64,000 nucleotides of DNA from Nitrospirales bacterium (GCA_963555755.3 OY820905.2:4448001-4512000), one strand, 5' to 3'. Counted from the stretch's first letter, positions 38,680-49,127 are shown. Made by a program: numbers and translations. Notes: a model not told the origin generated them from the letters alone.

Positions 38680-39431
38680 CGATTGTGCAGGCTCGGATGG
38701 GCTCGACCCGCTTGCCGGGAAAAGTCATGCGATCTCTGATCGGGAGGCCAGTTCTCTGGCATGTCGTGGATCGTCTCCGGTTCTGTCAGAACATCGGTGC
38801 GATCGTCGTCGCCACGACAACTGAGCGGGAAGACGATGTTATTGATGAGTGGTGTTGTGCGCATTGGGTTCGATGCTTTCGTGGGAGCCAAGAGGATGTC
38901 CTCGATCGCTATTATCACGCCGCGAAGTTTTATCAGGCGGCTTCCATCCTTCGGATCACTGCAGATTGTCCGGCCCTCGATCCCGTGGTGGTTGATGAAT
39001 TGCTGAGCCAATATGAGGCCCATGCCTATGATGCTTGTGGATTAGCGGGAGGATTCCCTGATGGACTGGATTGTGAGGTGATGTCATTCTCTGCGTTAGA
39101 ACGAGCGTGGAAGGAAGCCGAGATGGCATCGGAGCGTGAGCACGTCACACCCTATATTCATGCACACCCTGATCTCTTTCGCGTGGGAAAATTTGAGCGA
39201 TTTTACAATCTTGCACATCATCGATGGACGCTTGACGAAGAACCGGATTTCCATTTTCTGGAGCGAGTGTTTCATCGCTTGTATCAGGAAGATCGCCCGT
39301 TTCTGACGTCGGATATTTTGGCCCTGTTAGAGCGTGAGCCTGCATTGATGGACATCAATCAAGGGATCACTCGAAACGAAGGCTATCTCCGATCCCTTCA
39401 ATCCGATTATCGTGTCGGTTCAAGGACCTGA
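38652..39431 (+). CDS. SpsF/PseF-like cytidylyltransferase
   Basis: QARMGSTRLPGK, RGSQEDVLDR, RITADCP, REHVT. Confidence 0.9.
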   Translation: METTSQRPVAIVQARMGSTRLPGKVMRSLIGRPVLWHVVDRLRFCQNIGAIVVATTTEREDDVIDEWCCAHWVRCFRGSQEDVLDRYYHAAKFYQAASILRITADCPALDPVVVDELLSQYEAHAYDACGLAGGFPDGLDCEVMSFSALERAWKEAEMASEREHVTPYIHAHPDLFRVGKFERFYNLAHHRWTLDEEPDFHFLERVFHRLYQEDRPFLTSDILALLEREPALMDINQGITRNEGYLRSLQSDYRVGSRT

Positions 39432-39602
39432 GAGAAAATAACTTGGACATCTTGCATCCAATCTTCGGGCCGTCTTTGAACGGGCCTCAATCGAAAAACC
39501 CTCAACATAGCTGTGCTATGCCTCGGGTTTTTCTCAATCGTTCCGTCCAAATCCGACCCAAATCTTGGCGCGAGATTGTCCAAGATATTTTCTCTCAGGT
39601 CC
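39424..39602. mobile_element. MITE family A, copy 5
   Basis: GGACCTGAGAGAAAATAACTTGG..CTCAGGTCC; flanks CAA/TAA; supplies the stop codon of the upstream gene. Confidence 0.9.
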
Positions 39603-39614
39603 TAAGGGGTTAAT

Positions 39615-40973
39615 ATGGTTGCCCTTACTCATTCATCTCCTCTTGCGGTTTCTCCCGAACGGAAATCTTCCGGACAACGGTTGTATGACAAGGCCAAACG
39701 GCTGATTCCCGGGGGCACGCAATTGTTGTCCAAGCGGCCGGAATTAATTTTGCCGGAGCAGTGGCCTGTGTATTATGCCCAGGCGAAGGGCATTGACGTC
39801 ATCGATCTCGACGGCAACGTGTATAAAGATATGAGCCTCATGGGAGTTGGGGCCTGTGTGTTGGGCTATGCCGATCCTGAAGTCGATGGGGCGGTCAAAG
39901 CGGCGGTGGACCATGGCGTGATGTGTACGCTCAATGCACCGGAAGAAGTGGAATTAGCCGAATTATTGTGTGAACTGCATCCCTGGGCTCAGATGGTACG
40001 GTATGCCAAGACCGGTGGGGAAGCCATGGCCATCGCGGTGCGTATAGCACGGGCACATACCGCACGAGAGAAGGTGGCCTTTTGTGGCTATCATGGGTGG
40101 GCGGACTGGTACCTGGCTGCCAATCTTGGCGATGACGATGCGCTTGATGGTCATTTATTACCTGGCTTGGAACCAGCAGGGGTGCCCAGAGGGTTACGGG
40201 GGACAGCATTGCCCTTCCATTATAATCGGATCGATCAATTGCGAAAGATTGTGGATGAACATCGAGACGATGTGGCGGCGATTGTGATGGAACCGCAACG
40301 GGGCCAGAGTCCTGACCCCGGATTTCTGGAAAATGTTCGGGATCTCGCCAGACAAACCGGCGCGGTGTTGATCTTTGATGAAATTACCACCGGGTTTCGG
40401 ATGACCACCGGAGGCATTCATCTCCTGTTGGGGGTGGCGCCGGATATCGCGGTGTTCGCCAAAGGCATGGCGAATGGATATCCCATGGCTGCAATTCTTG
40501 GTACGTCGACGGTCATGGAGTCGGCGCAACGCACCTTCATCAGCAGTACGAATTGGACGGAACGAATCGGACCCGTGGCGGCGTTGGCCACCATTCGGAA
40601 GCATCGGCGCGAACACGTCGCCTCCCATCTGATCATGATTGGGAATATGGTCAAAATGGGATGGCGAAAGGCTGCGGAACATGTTGGGCTTCGAATCTAC
40701 TTGGAGGGCCTGCCGAGTTTAGCGCATTTTGGGTTTAACCATAGCGATCATATTAACCTGACGACATTGTTTTCCCAATTGATGTTGGAGAAGGGTTTCC
40801 TGGCTTGCGACCAGTTCAAACCGTCCTATGCCCATGAGATTGATGATATTGCCGAATATTTGGAAGCGGTATCGGATGCGTTCTTAACGATTGCCGAAGC
40901 CGTGGCCTGGGGTGATGTGGAGCGACACTTAAAAGGCCCTCCGGCGCAAAAAGGATTTTATCGTCTGACATGA
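39615..40973 (+). CDS. Class III PLP aminotransferase (GSA-aminomutase-like)
   Basis: LIPGG..SKRP, GYHGW, LIFDEITTGFR, FAKGMANG. Confidence 0.92.
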   Translation: MVALTHSSPLAVSPERKSSGQRLYDKAKRLIPGGTQLLSKRPELILPEQWPVYYAQAKGIDVIDLDGNVYKDMSLMGVGACVLGYADPEVDGAVKAAVDHGVMCTLNAPEEVELAELLCELHPWAQMVRYAKTGGEAMAIAVRIARAHTAREKVAFCGYHGWADWYLAANLGDDDALDGHLLPGLEPAGVPRGLRGTALPFHYNRIDQLRKIVDEHRDDVAAIVMEPQRGQSPDPGFLENVRDLARQTGAVLIFDEITTGFRMTTGGIHLLLGVAPDIAVFAKGMANGYPMAAILGTSTVMESAQRTFISSTNWTERIGPVAALATIRKHRREHVASHLIMIGNMVKMGWRKAAEHVGLRIYLEGLPSLAHFGFNHSDHINLTTLFSQLMLEKGFLACDQFKPSYAHEIDDIAEYLEAVSDAFLTIAEAVAWGDVERHLKGPPAQKGFYRLT

Positions 40974-41033
40974 TGATGCAGACCGTGGTCATGTATCATT
41001 CCGTCATTCTCAACTATCGCAGAGTCAGAAGAC

Positions 41034-42119
41034 ATGGGCCAGGACACTTCACCAATCATTCTCATTCGATGTGATGGAAGTTATGATGTTGGCTTAGGGC
41101 ATGTGATTCGTTGCCTAGCGTTAGCAGATGAACTGTGTTCTGTTCATGAATGTCGGGTGAAGTTTCTTATGCGATATGGTCCTGAAGGAATTGATATGGC
41201 GCGAACTCACGGGTATTCCGTGCTCACGCCTGGGCATGAAATACAGGCACACGATATCACCTGGCCCCTCAGTCTGATTCGTCGTGCCCCAGTAGATATG
41301 GTGGTGTTTGATATTCGTGATGACTTTCCCCGACATGCGATGGACTCCTTGCGAGAAAGCGGAACGGTAGTAGCTGTGATCGATGATATCAGTCCCCGGT
41401 GTTTGTCAGCAGACTTGGGCTTTTTCCCGCCAGTGCCGCAACTCGACCGTATTGATTGGAGAGGAAGTCCTGGTCAGCGTTTTGTGGGGTGGGAGTGGGT
41501 GCTGTTACGGCGAGATATTCGAGAATTACAAAATGTGTCAAAACCCCAACAAGAAAAAGTGCAAGTTCTTGTGACCATGGGTGGAAGTGATCCGCATGGG
41601 TTTACGCTCAAAGCTATCCGGGCTTGTCAAAGGGTGAGGACGAACATTGAAGTGAAAGTCGTTCTTGGCCCGGGGTTTTCAGCTCACCAAGAATTGCAGA
41701 AACTCGTGAATGGGTTGAACGATCATATGCAAATTTATTCGAATATCAAAAATCTTCCGGAGCTGATTCATCAGTCTGATTTGGTCGTAGGGGCTTTTGG
41801 AAATACGGCCTATGAGGCTGCGGCCTTGAAACGATTTGGGATGTATCTGTGTGGAACACCGGACCATGTGGAATCCGCATCACGATATATGCAGGCAGGC
41901 TTTGGTGTGTCCTTAGGGCTGGGTAGTGAAGTGACTGATGAGCAGTTAGCCCTGGCAATCGGAAAATATTCGAACTCTTCGTTGGAGATTAGCATCGACC
42001 AACCAGGCACGAATGACAATTCAATTGATGGTTTAGGCGTGACCAGGATTGCGGAAAAACTCGTTCAGGAGATACATGGCTCGCGAAATGGAATCCAGCA
42101 GGCAGTGGCAGCAACATAG
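41034..42119 (+). CDS. pseG: PseG/SpsG-like UDP-sugar hydrolase
   Basis: RCDG..GLGHVIRCLALA; VTMGGSDP; IDGLG..RI. Confidence 0.85.
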   Translation: MGQDTSPIILIRCDGSYDVGLGHVIRCLALADELCSVHECRVKFLMRYGPEGIDMARTHGYSVLTPGHEIQAHDITWPLSLIRRAPVDMVVFDIRDDFPRHAMDSLRESGTVVAVIDDISPRCLSADLGFFPPVPQLDRIDWRGSPGQRFVGWEWVLLRRDIRELQNVSKPQQEKVQVLVTMGGSDPHGFTLKAIRACQRVRTNIEVKVVLGPGFSAHQELQKLVNGLNDHMQIYSNIKNLPELIHQSDLVVGAFGNTAYEAAALKRFGMYLCGTPDHVESASRYMQAGFGVSLGLGSEVTDEQLALAIGKYSNSSLEISIDQPGTNDNSIDGLGVTRIAEKLVQEIHGSRNGIQQAVAAT

Positions 42120-43011
42120 TGGCTTGGTGCTTGATCGTGTCAATGAGTTTGATGTGATTGAGTGCCTGTCTTGTGGTTACAAACATGTCGTGCCGATTCC
42201 CACTCAAGAGGAATTAGAGCAGGTCTATCGTGAAGATTATTATTCTCATGAAAAACCCTTGTATTTGGATGAACATCAGGAAGATTTGGATTGGTGGAAT
42301 CTTGTCTATGACGAACGCTATGACTACCTAGAGTCTCAACTTCCAGGGGAATCAAGAAGTCTTGTAGATATTGGCTCTGGGCCAGGCTATTTTCTTCTTC
42401 GAGGAAAGGCCCGTGGGTGGAAAACGACTGGAGTTGAGCCGTCAAAGCGTGCGGCCGCTCATAGCCGAGACCTTGGGTTAGATGTTCGAGAAGGGTTTGT
42501 GGATGAGCCCTTGGTGAAATCGTTGGGTACTTTCGATGTGGTCTATTTGCATGAGGTATTGGAACATATCCCGAATCCTGCTTCTTTGTTATCGATCGTG
42601 ACTCAATTACTCAAACCTGGAGGCATTCTGTGTGTCATTGTTCCCAATGATTATAATCCCCTTCAAAAGGCACTGAGAACGACCATGAACTTTGAGCCCT
42701 GGTGGCTCGCGCCACCGCATCATATTAATTATTTTGATCATGAGTCGTTGCTGACATTGTTGAAAAACCAGGGGTTCGGCATTCTTTCCCGAAGCTCCAC
42801 GTTTCCGATTGAATTGTTTCTGCTGATGGGGATGAACTATGTCGGAGATTCCTCCATGGGGCGCATGGTTCATCGGCAAAGAAAAAACATGGAATTGAAC
42901 CTGACAAAAATTGGTTGTGCTGAATGGAAACAACGTACATACCAGGCATTTGCGCAACAAGGCATTGGTCGAGAGGTTGTCGTGTACGCACGCTTGGCCT
43001 CGTTCGAATAA
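42076..43011 (+). CDS. Class I SAM-dependent methyltransferase
   Basis: CLSCG, VDIGSGPG, EVLEHIPNP, VPN, PHHINYF. Confidence 0.9.
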   Translation: MAREMESSRQWQQHSGLVLDRVNEFDVIECLSCGYKHVVPIPTQEELEQVYREDYYSHEKPLYLDEHQEDLDWWNLVYDERYDYLESQLPGESRSLVDIGSGPGYFLLRGKARGWKTTGVEPSKRAAAHSRDLGLDVREGFVDEPLVKSLGTFDVVYLHEVLEHIPNPASLLSIVTQLLKPGGILCVIVPNDYNPLQKALRTTMNFEPWWLAPPHHINYFDHESLLTLLKNQGFGILSRSSTFPIELFLLMGMNYVGDSSMGRMVHRQRKNMELNLTKIGCAEWKQRTYQAFAQQGIGREVVVYARLASFE

Positions 43012-43029
43012 ACGGCTTCCATATGTGAC

Positions 43030-43920
43030 GTGTTACAAAATATGAATAATTTGTATCAGGACATAGATTGCAAATTCCTTCTTATTGGACGAGGGTCAAT
43101 TGGTAGGAAGCATGAACAGAATGCCCACGTTTTAGGCGCACAGATCGTTACCGTTGATCCTGACCCAAAACAGGAAGCCGACTTTCATACTGTTGAACAG
43201 GCAATGGCTTCTTGTGGGGAAGATTTTTTCTCCCATGCCCTTGTGGCTTCTCCTGTGCAATGTCATTACGCCACCCTTCGACAGTTATTAGAGTATCGGG
43301 TGCCGGCAATTCTTGTGGAAAAACCGCTGGTGTTGCCAGAAGAACTCGCGTTAGTTCGTGCACTGTCGTCGCATTCATCACACCAATCAGTGTTTGTGGG
43401 TTTTAATTGGCGGTTTAATTCTGCAGTTCAACATCTCAAACAAGAAATAGTACGTGGTGCCCTCGGTCCCATTCATGTGGTGCAGTTGTGGGCGCGGGAA
43501 TGGGTGCCCCGTTACCATGGACATGTGGTCCTGGAAAGTGGATCTCATATTTTGGACACCGCACGGTACTTGCTTGGGAACATGAGAGTGGTCGGAGCAC
43601 ATGTGAGTCAGCATGGAATGTTGGGGGATGCCGATGAGGCTGGGTCCTTTTTATTGGAAAGTGAGTGTGGCGCTCATGTATCGGTCCATGTCAATTTTAT
43701 TCATTTCGGGTCCTATGACTATACGATTAACATTCAAGGAGAGATTGACAGTGTGAGCTGTCAACCTGATCGTTTTGAACCTATGCACCTGCGAGAGCTT
43801 GAAGCGTTTTTCCAGGGCAACCCAACGGTGTTGGCGACCTTAGACGATGGTGTGAAAAATATGGAATTATTAGAGGGCATTCTCGTGCCTGGGAGTGGTG
43901 CGATGGCACATGCGAGGTAA
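43030..43920 (+). CDS. Gfo/Idh/MocA oxidoreductase
   Basis: IGRGSIG, VEKP, GFNWRF, SHILD. Confidence 0.88.
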   Translation: MLQNMNNLYQDIDCKFLLIGRGSIGRKHEQNAHVLGAQIVTVDPDPKQEADFHTVEQAMASCGEDFFSHALVASPVQCHYATLRQLLEYRVPAILVEKPLVLPEELALVRALSSHSSHQSVFVGFNWRFNSAVQHLKQEIVRGALGPIHVVQLWAREWVPRYHGHVVLESGSHILDTARYLLGNMRVVGAHVSQHGMLGDADEAGSFLLESECGAHVSVHVNFIHFGSYDYTINIQGEIDSVSCQPDRFEPMHLRELEAFFQGNPTVLATLDDGVKNMELLEGILVPGSGAMAHAR

Positions 43921-43947
43921 TGTAGGCAATCAAGGAATCTCATATCT

Positions 43948-45147
43948 ATGCTACTGGTGAATCCTCAAACCGCGTTTCAATGGACGGGGCCGTTGGATAT
44001 TAACGGGGTTCCGATGAAAGGGATCCGTGAAAAACAAGGTCATTCGTTTACTCGGATTGGATACCTGGCAGGAAAAGAATCTGCTGCCTGTGACCCTGAT
44101 GAAGTAGGGAGTCTCCATCGGCAGCAGCTTCGTCCCCTGTCCAAGCCAACGTTGCTTCAAGCTCGACAAGAATATGCTCAACGGCAGGTGCCAACTTTTC
44201 CGCGCTATTTTATTATCGAGCCGACCAATGTGTGCAATAAGGTCTGTCCCTTTTGTACCATTAATGTCATGGACCGAAGAGATGCGGATGGAAAAGTGGT
44301 CAAGGGATTTATGCCCTGGGGAACCTTCATGAGGTTGATGGAGGAAACCCGGCACTATCCGGTGTATGGAATCAGTTTGTATCAACTTGGCGAGTCGTTC
44401 CTATGGCATGGAAAAGATGAGTCAGGTCGAACACTCAATATCTCGGATATGGTCAATGCCGCAAAACGAGTTGGGGGTTTTCGTGCCGTGAATCTCTCAA
44501 CAAATGGTGACGTGCCAAACTTGGCGTGTATCTTCGATTCTGAATTGGATGATTTAATTATCTCAATCGATGGAATGACGAAACGTGTGTACGAGGAAAA
44601 CCGGCCCGGAGCTTCCGGATTGGAAACCTTTGAACGAACCATTGATCGAGTGCGTGAATTTTTGGAGGCCAAACAACAGAGGGGGCTCTCCAAACCCTTT
44701 GTCCGAATGCAAATTATCAATAAAGATAATACGGCTGATCAAATCGTGGACTTCATTCGGCATTGGATGGACGTGCCTGGAGTCGATGATGTGTTTATCA
44801 AGGATTTGGATTCGATGCGAAGTTGGTTGGGGAGCGCGGTGGTGGATGATGAGGAGGATCGTTTGAAAGCCGAGCGAGTGGCCCTCATGCCTTGTCAGCA
44901 TTTGTTTGCCATTGGGTCAATGGTGGTGAATGGTGATTTAAATGGATGCTGTCATGATGCGCAAACTCAGCTTGTTCAAACCGTGACCTTGCCGGATGGT
45001 CGGACGGGAAATGCCAACATTCACAATATGTCATTTGCCGATTGGTGGAATGGTGCGTTTATGACGGAACTGAGAGGTGAACATTGCGAGGGCCATTTCC
45101 GAATGCCTTGCCGGGATTGTCGGGAGCGTGACCCATGGTTGGGTTAA
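43948..45147 (+). CDS. Radical SAM protein with SPASM/Twitch-like domain
   Basis: EPTNVCNKVCPFC (CxxxCxxC), STNG, ISIDG, C-terminal C..GCC..CRDC. Confidence 0.92.
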   Translation: MLLVNPQTAFQWTGPLDINGVPMKGIREKQGHSFTRIGYLAGKESAACDPDEVGSLHRQQLRPLSKPTLLQARQEYAQRQVPTFPRYFIIEPTNVCNKVCPFCTINVMDRRDADGKVVKGFMPWGTFMRLMEETRHYPVYGISLYQLGESFLWHGKDESGRTLNISDMVNAAKRVGGFRAVNLSTNGDVPNLACIFDSELDDLIISIDGMTKRVYEENRPGASGLETFERTIDRVREFLEAKQQRGLSKPFVRMQIINKDNTADQIVDFIRHWMDVPGVDDVFIKDLDSMRSWLGSAVVDDEEDRLKAERVALMPCQHLFAIGSMVVNGDLNGCCHDAQTQLVQTVTLPDGRTGNANIHNMSFADWWNGAFMTELRGEHCEGHFRMPCRDCRERDPWLG

Positions 45148-45764
45148 AAGGAAAAACGGCTTGTCTTTCTCGAAATGGTCGAGGAGGCATTGGGTCTATT
45201 CTCCGCGAGTCTTTGATGAAGTCCGGAGTCACAATCCTGGATGATGGTGAATCTCCTGAGGCGGTAGATTTTGCTATTTGCACGGCAGGGAAAATGTTTG
45301 TGCGGGATCCGGGAACGTTGGCGGAGGATGAAGTCAATCAATTGTATGATGCGAACTATTTCTTCCCCCGAATGTTTACGGAACGGCATATCCAAGCCAT
45401 GCGGACTGCCAAGAAACCTGGAATCATTTTGCATGTGGGATCCAACGCGTCGCGATACGGAAATCTCGGCGCCGCCGATTATGCAGCGATGAAGGCCGGG
45501 CTTGCGAAGTATTTGGAATTGCGTGGGCAAAGTGTTCGAGGAGATGGCATACGGTTATCGTTGATTAATCTTGGCGCAGTGGACTCAGAGTTTTGGGGGA
45601 AGGTGTGCCAATCCGCGGATCCGGCGTTATTGAAAACCATTATGCCGGCTCCGGAAAAAGCCCTGACGTTGGAAGAAGTCTCTGACTTGCTCTTAGCGGT
45701 TCTTCAGATGCCCACACGGTTAGTTGTGAAAGATGCCCTGGTCGTGAGTGCCGACTTTCAATAA
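45135..45764 (+). CDS. Short-chain dehydrogenase/reductase
   Basis: GRGGIG, VGS, YAAMK (YxxxK). Confidence 0.85.
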   Translation: MVGLKGKTACLSRNGRGGIGSILRESLMKSGVTILDDGESPEAVDFAICTAGKMFVRDPGTLAEDEVNQLYDANYFFPRMFTERHIQAMRTAKKPGIILHVGSNASRYGNLGAADYAAMKAGLAKYLELRGQSVRGDGIRLSLINLGAVDSEFWGKVCQSADPALLKTIMPAPEKALTLEEVSDLLLAVLQMPTRLVVKDALVVSADFQ

Positions 45765-45893
45765 ACGGGCTGTTGGTCATCTGTCCCAGTCGATTCTCGT
45801 TCTGCTTGATGAGCCTCTCTCTCTTCGTGATTCAGGGATGTGGCGAAATCAGACCTATCATGTGACCGTTACCAGGAGTGTCATCATTACGAG

Positions 45894-47135
45894 ATGAGTA
45901 GTTCTCACAAAAAGCGATTGCTCTTGGTCGGGGCAGGACAAGAACAAATTGCCGCGATCAAGGCCGCTTATGAAATGGATCTGTTTGTTATTGCGGTCGA
46001 TGGCAATCCGCGGGCTCCGGGGTTGCGACTTGCCCATCAAGGCATCTGCGGAGATATTCGAAATGTCGAATATCTGACCCAGCTTGGGAAACATGAACAC
46101 GTCCATGGGATATTTAGTCATGCCGTAGATTTGCCACATGTCGTCGCATCGGTCGCTCAACAATTAGGCCTTCCTGGACTTGCCCCTGACGTGGCCGTTC
46201 GGGCCACGAATAAGTGGCGTCGCTATCAATGTTTGGAGTCGCATGGAGTCCCGTGTCCCACGTTTGCCCTGGTGCATTCAATCGAGGAGGCACAGGGCGT
46301 GGCGGCGGAGTTTGGCTATCCTGTGGTGCTCAAGCCCTTGGAAAGTGCGGGTGCACGTGGCGTGCGTAAGGTCACTACTGTTGGTGAGCTTGATACGGCA
46401 TTCCGGTGCGCATTGAAATTTTCTTCTGAACCCTCTGTGCTTGTTGAGGAGTTTCTCCAGGGGTGGGAGATCAGCACAGAATCCGTCATCGTCGATGGCT
46501 GTATTGTGACCACGGGTTTTGCCGACCGGAATTATATCTCAAAGGAACGATTTGCTCCGTATTTCATTGAGGATGGGCATACGATTCCATCGGTTTTGCC
46601 TCATGACCAACAAGCCCGAGTGGTGAAGGTCGTTGAACAAGCCATTCGATCTCTTGATATTCACTGGGGCGTGGCAAAGGGCGATGTGATTCTTGGGGAT
46701 TCCGGCCCTGTCATTTTGGAAATGGCGCCTCGGACAAGTGGGGGACGATTTTGTGCTGACATGGTGCCGTTGGCCACAGGCATAAACATTTTGCCCACTC
46801 TTATTTCGATGGCTGTTGGTGATGAGGTTTCTGAGGGAGGACTCAGTCCAAAATTTCGACGAGGTGCCGCTCAGCGATTTATATTTCCAGACCCTGGTGA
46901 AATAGTCGGCATACATGGGGTTGAAACCGCTCGCGGTCTTCCAGGAATGTACGACGTTATGTTGCGAAATGATATGACCATGGGAAAAATGGTTTCTCCG
47001 GTGACGAATCATAGTGACCGAATTGGCCATGTGATTGCTTCTGGAGACACAAGAGAAGAAGCTGTGCGGAATGCCGAACATGCCATCCACACGATTCGAA
47101 TTGAGACGAGGTCTTTAGCCGGAGTCGAGACATGA
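45894..47135 (+). CDS. ATP-grasp protein
   Basis: NKW, GYPVVLKP..GARGV, VEEFLQG.EIS, LEMAPRTSGG. Confidence 0.9.
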   Translation: MSSSHKKRLLLVGAGQEQIAAIKAAYEMDLFVIAVDGNPRAPGLRLAHQGICGDIRNVEYLTQLGKHEHVHGIFSHAVDLPHVVASVAQQLGLPGLAPDVAVRATNKWRRYQCLESHGVPCPTFALVHSIEEAQGVAAEFGYPVVLKPLESAGARGVRKVTTVGELDTAFRCALKFSSEPSVLVEEFLQGWEISTESVIVDGCIVTTGFADRNYISKERFAPYFIEDGHTIPSVLPHDQQARVVKVVEQAIRSLDIHWGVAKGDVILGDSGPVILEMAPRTSGGRFCADMVPLATGINILPTLISMAVGDEVSEGGLSPKFRRGAAQRFIFPDPGEIVGIHGVETARGLPGMYDVMLRNDMTMGKMVSPVTNHSDRIGHVIASGDTREEAVRNAEHAIHTIRIETRSLAGVET

Positions 47136-48337
47136 TGGGGCAGCCTGTTGAGGTGCTGATTGTCGGGACGGGGATGTATGTCTGCGGTCGTGGCACTGAC
47201 GGGTATGGGACCATCTTACCCAGTGTGATGCAAGCGTATCGTGATGGATTGGTCAGCCGAATAGTGGTCGCTGGCACCCGAGAGTCCTCCATCAAGTTTC
47301 TCAACAATCAAGTCGAGGCATTACGCCAGCAATTAGGGATTGATGTAGAGGTTGAGGGGTATCCGAAATCGGGAAATGATCCCGAGGCGTATCGAAAGGC
47401 CCTTACTCAACTTGGGCCACGAAGCTGTGTGATCGTTGCGGTGCCTGACCATCTGCATGGTCCCATCGCTCGAGAGATGTTGGAGGCGAATCAACCGGTT
47501 ATGCTCGTGAAGCCTTTCACGCCGACAGTCAAAGAAGGGCAGGAGTTATGCCAATTGGCACGGGCTAAAAATCTCTATGGGGTTGTTGAATTTCATAAGC
47601 GATGGGATTTAGCCAACAGAAAACTCCAGGAGGTGATCGAGCACAAACGATTGGGTATTCCGTTGTATGCGCTTGTAGAATTCAGTCAGCGAAAACGTGT
47701 TCCACAAGAAATATTTGGGAGTTGGGTCGAGCAGACGAATGTGTTTCAGTATCTTGGGGTTCATTATGTTGATCTCCTGGCCCATGTTTTTAAAGCGATA
47801 CCACAACGTGCCATGGCGGTTGGACAATCAGCCTATCTCAATGGTTGTGGGAAACATACGCAAGATTCCATTCAAGCAATAGTAGAGTGGGCCATTCCAG
47901 GATCGGTCACGCCGTTTGTTTCCATGTTTTTGGTGAACTGGGTAGATCCGAATTCTTCCTCCGCCATGTCCTATCAGGCGATTAAGGTTATTGGAACCAA
48001 AGGTCGTTACGAAAGTGATCAAAAATGTCGTGGCCAACAACTCGTGACAGACGATGACGGAATAGAGGACATCAATCCTTACTTCACGCAATCGTATTCC
48101 TATGGGACAGAGGGCCGAAAGGAATACCTTGGCTATGGTATTGAGAGTATTCGAACCTTTTTAGATGATGTGTGGCGCTTACTTGAAAAGACAGTCACTC
48201 TTGAGGAACTGGAACAATCCCGTCCCACCTTTCAACAGGCATTGATTTCAACAGCGGTAACCGAAGCGGTTGGGCAGAGTCTGGAGTGCGGAGGTATTTG
48301 GATACCCATAAAGAATGTGTCGGAAGCTATGGCCTGA
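47132..48337 (+). CDS. Gfo/Idh/MocA oxidoreductase
   Basis: VGTG, VPDHLH, VKP, HKRWD, GVHYVD. Confidence 0.85.
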   Translation: MMGQPVEVLIVGTGMYVCGRGTDGYGTILPSVMQAYRDGLVSRIVVAGTRESSIKFLNNQVEALRQQLGIDVEVEGYPKSGNDPEAYRKALTQLGPRSCVIVAVPDHLHGPIAREMLEANQPVMLVKPFTPTVKEGQELCQLARAKNLYGVVEFHKRWDLANRKLQEVIEHKRLGIPLYALVEFSQRKRVPQEIFGSWVEQTNVFQYLGVHYVDLLAHVFKAIPQRAMAVGQSAYLNGCGKHTQDSIQAIVEWAIPGSVTPFVSMFLVNWVDPNSSSAMSYQAIKVIGTKGRYESDQKCRGQQLVTDDDGIEDINPYFTQSYSYGTEGRKEYLGYGIESIRTFLDDVWRLLEKTVTLEELEQSRPTFQQALISTAVTEAVGQSLECGGIWIPIKNVSEAMA

Positions 48338-48351
48338 GAGAAGAGGTGTTC
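48309..48351 (+). repeat. Direct repeat, left copy
   Basis: TAAAGAATGTGTCGGAAGCTATGGCCTGAGAGAAG(AG)GTGTTC; 41/43 identical to 49059-49101. Confidence 0.95.
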
Positions 48352-48478
48352 CTCCAGATTGATGGTCTCGAGGAGGACCTCTTCGGAATGTCTCCGTGAC
48401 CACCTTGATGAAGTCCGCCGTGAGTGCCGGTGGTTGTGGCAGGAGAATACCCGTCTGCGGGGCATGAGTTTCTGGTCT

Positions 48479-48730
48479 TTACCTTGTGGTCAGAGATTCC
48501 TCAACCGCCTTTCGAATATATTTCTGGTAAGAGACGCCTTGTTCGCTGGCCTTTTTTCGGACTTCAAAAAGCAGTTCAGGGGGAAAGCGTAGATTGACCT
48601 TTTCTGTTTTCGGAAGAAATTCGAATGTCACCCGTTGGGCTTTTCTGGGGTCAATATAGTCAGTCAGATCCTGTTCCAGAAACTGTTCAACTTCTTTATC
48701 GGATTTAAATTTCGGCGATTTTTTCTTCAT
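48479..48730 (-). CDS. brnA: BrnA/CopG-type antitoxin
   Basis: PKFKSDKE..DLTDY..VNLRFP..A...GVSYQKYIR. Confidence 0.85.
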   Translation of the reverse strand: MKKKSPKFKSDKEVEQFLEQDLTDYIDPRKAQRVTFEFLPKTEKVNLRFPPELLFEVRKKASEQGVSYQKYIRKAVEESLTTR

Positions 48731-49013
48731 ATTCCTTAGCCTCCTTCTTGTGCATGTGCCTGGCACTGATGGGCCTGATCAGTGTTTCAGCATCCTGGAT
48801 ACGAAAGGTAAAAGCTACAAGCATGGGCCTCCCTTTGGGAGACGGGCCATAGGCGATATATCTTTCTTCCGATTGGGAGTGATGGATATCCGGTATGACA
48901 AACAGGCCACTCTGCTGGAAAAATTCTTCGATTCCCTTAGGGCGAAGGCCGTGTTTACAGCACTTGTGCTTGTTGGCAGAATCCCAATCAAATCCTAGAG
49001 CCTGTATTTTCAT
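48705..49013 (-). CDS. brnT: BrnT-family ribonuclease toxin
   Basis: FDWD..N..KHG..EERY..G..FT.R..IRPISAR. Confidence 0.92.
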   Translation of the reverse strand: MKIQALGFDWDSANKHKCCKHGLRPKGIEEFFQQSGLFVIPDIHHSQSEERYIAYGPSPKGRPMLVAFTFRIQDAETLIRPISARHMHKKEAKEYEEKIAEI

Positions 49014-49058
49014 GTTATCATAAGCCTATTCTTTTGTCCATACATTTGTCAACTCATT

Positions 49059-49101
49059 TAAAGAATGTGTCGGAAGCTATGGCCTGAGAGAAGGCGTGTT
49101 C
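49059..49101 (+). repeat. Direct repeat, right copy
   Basis: Offset exactly 750 bp from the left copy. Confidence 0.95.
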
Positions 49102-49127
49102 TTTTCCCATCCTTCGCCATGTATTCC

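Noticed and set aside
48309..49101. brnTA as an integron cassette
   Set aside because: No attC-like RYYYAAC..GTTRRRY palindrome recognised; flanks are direct repeats of a gene end
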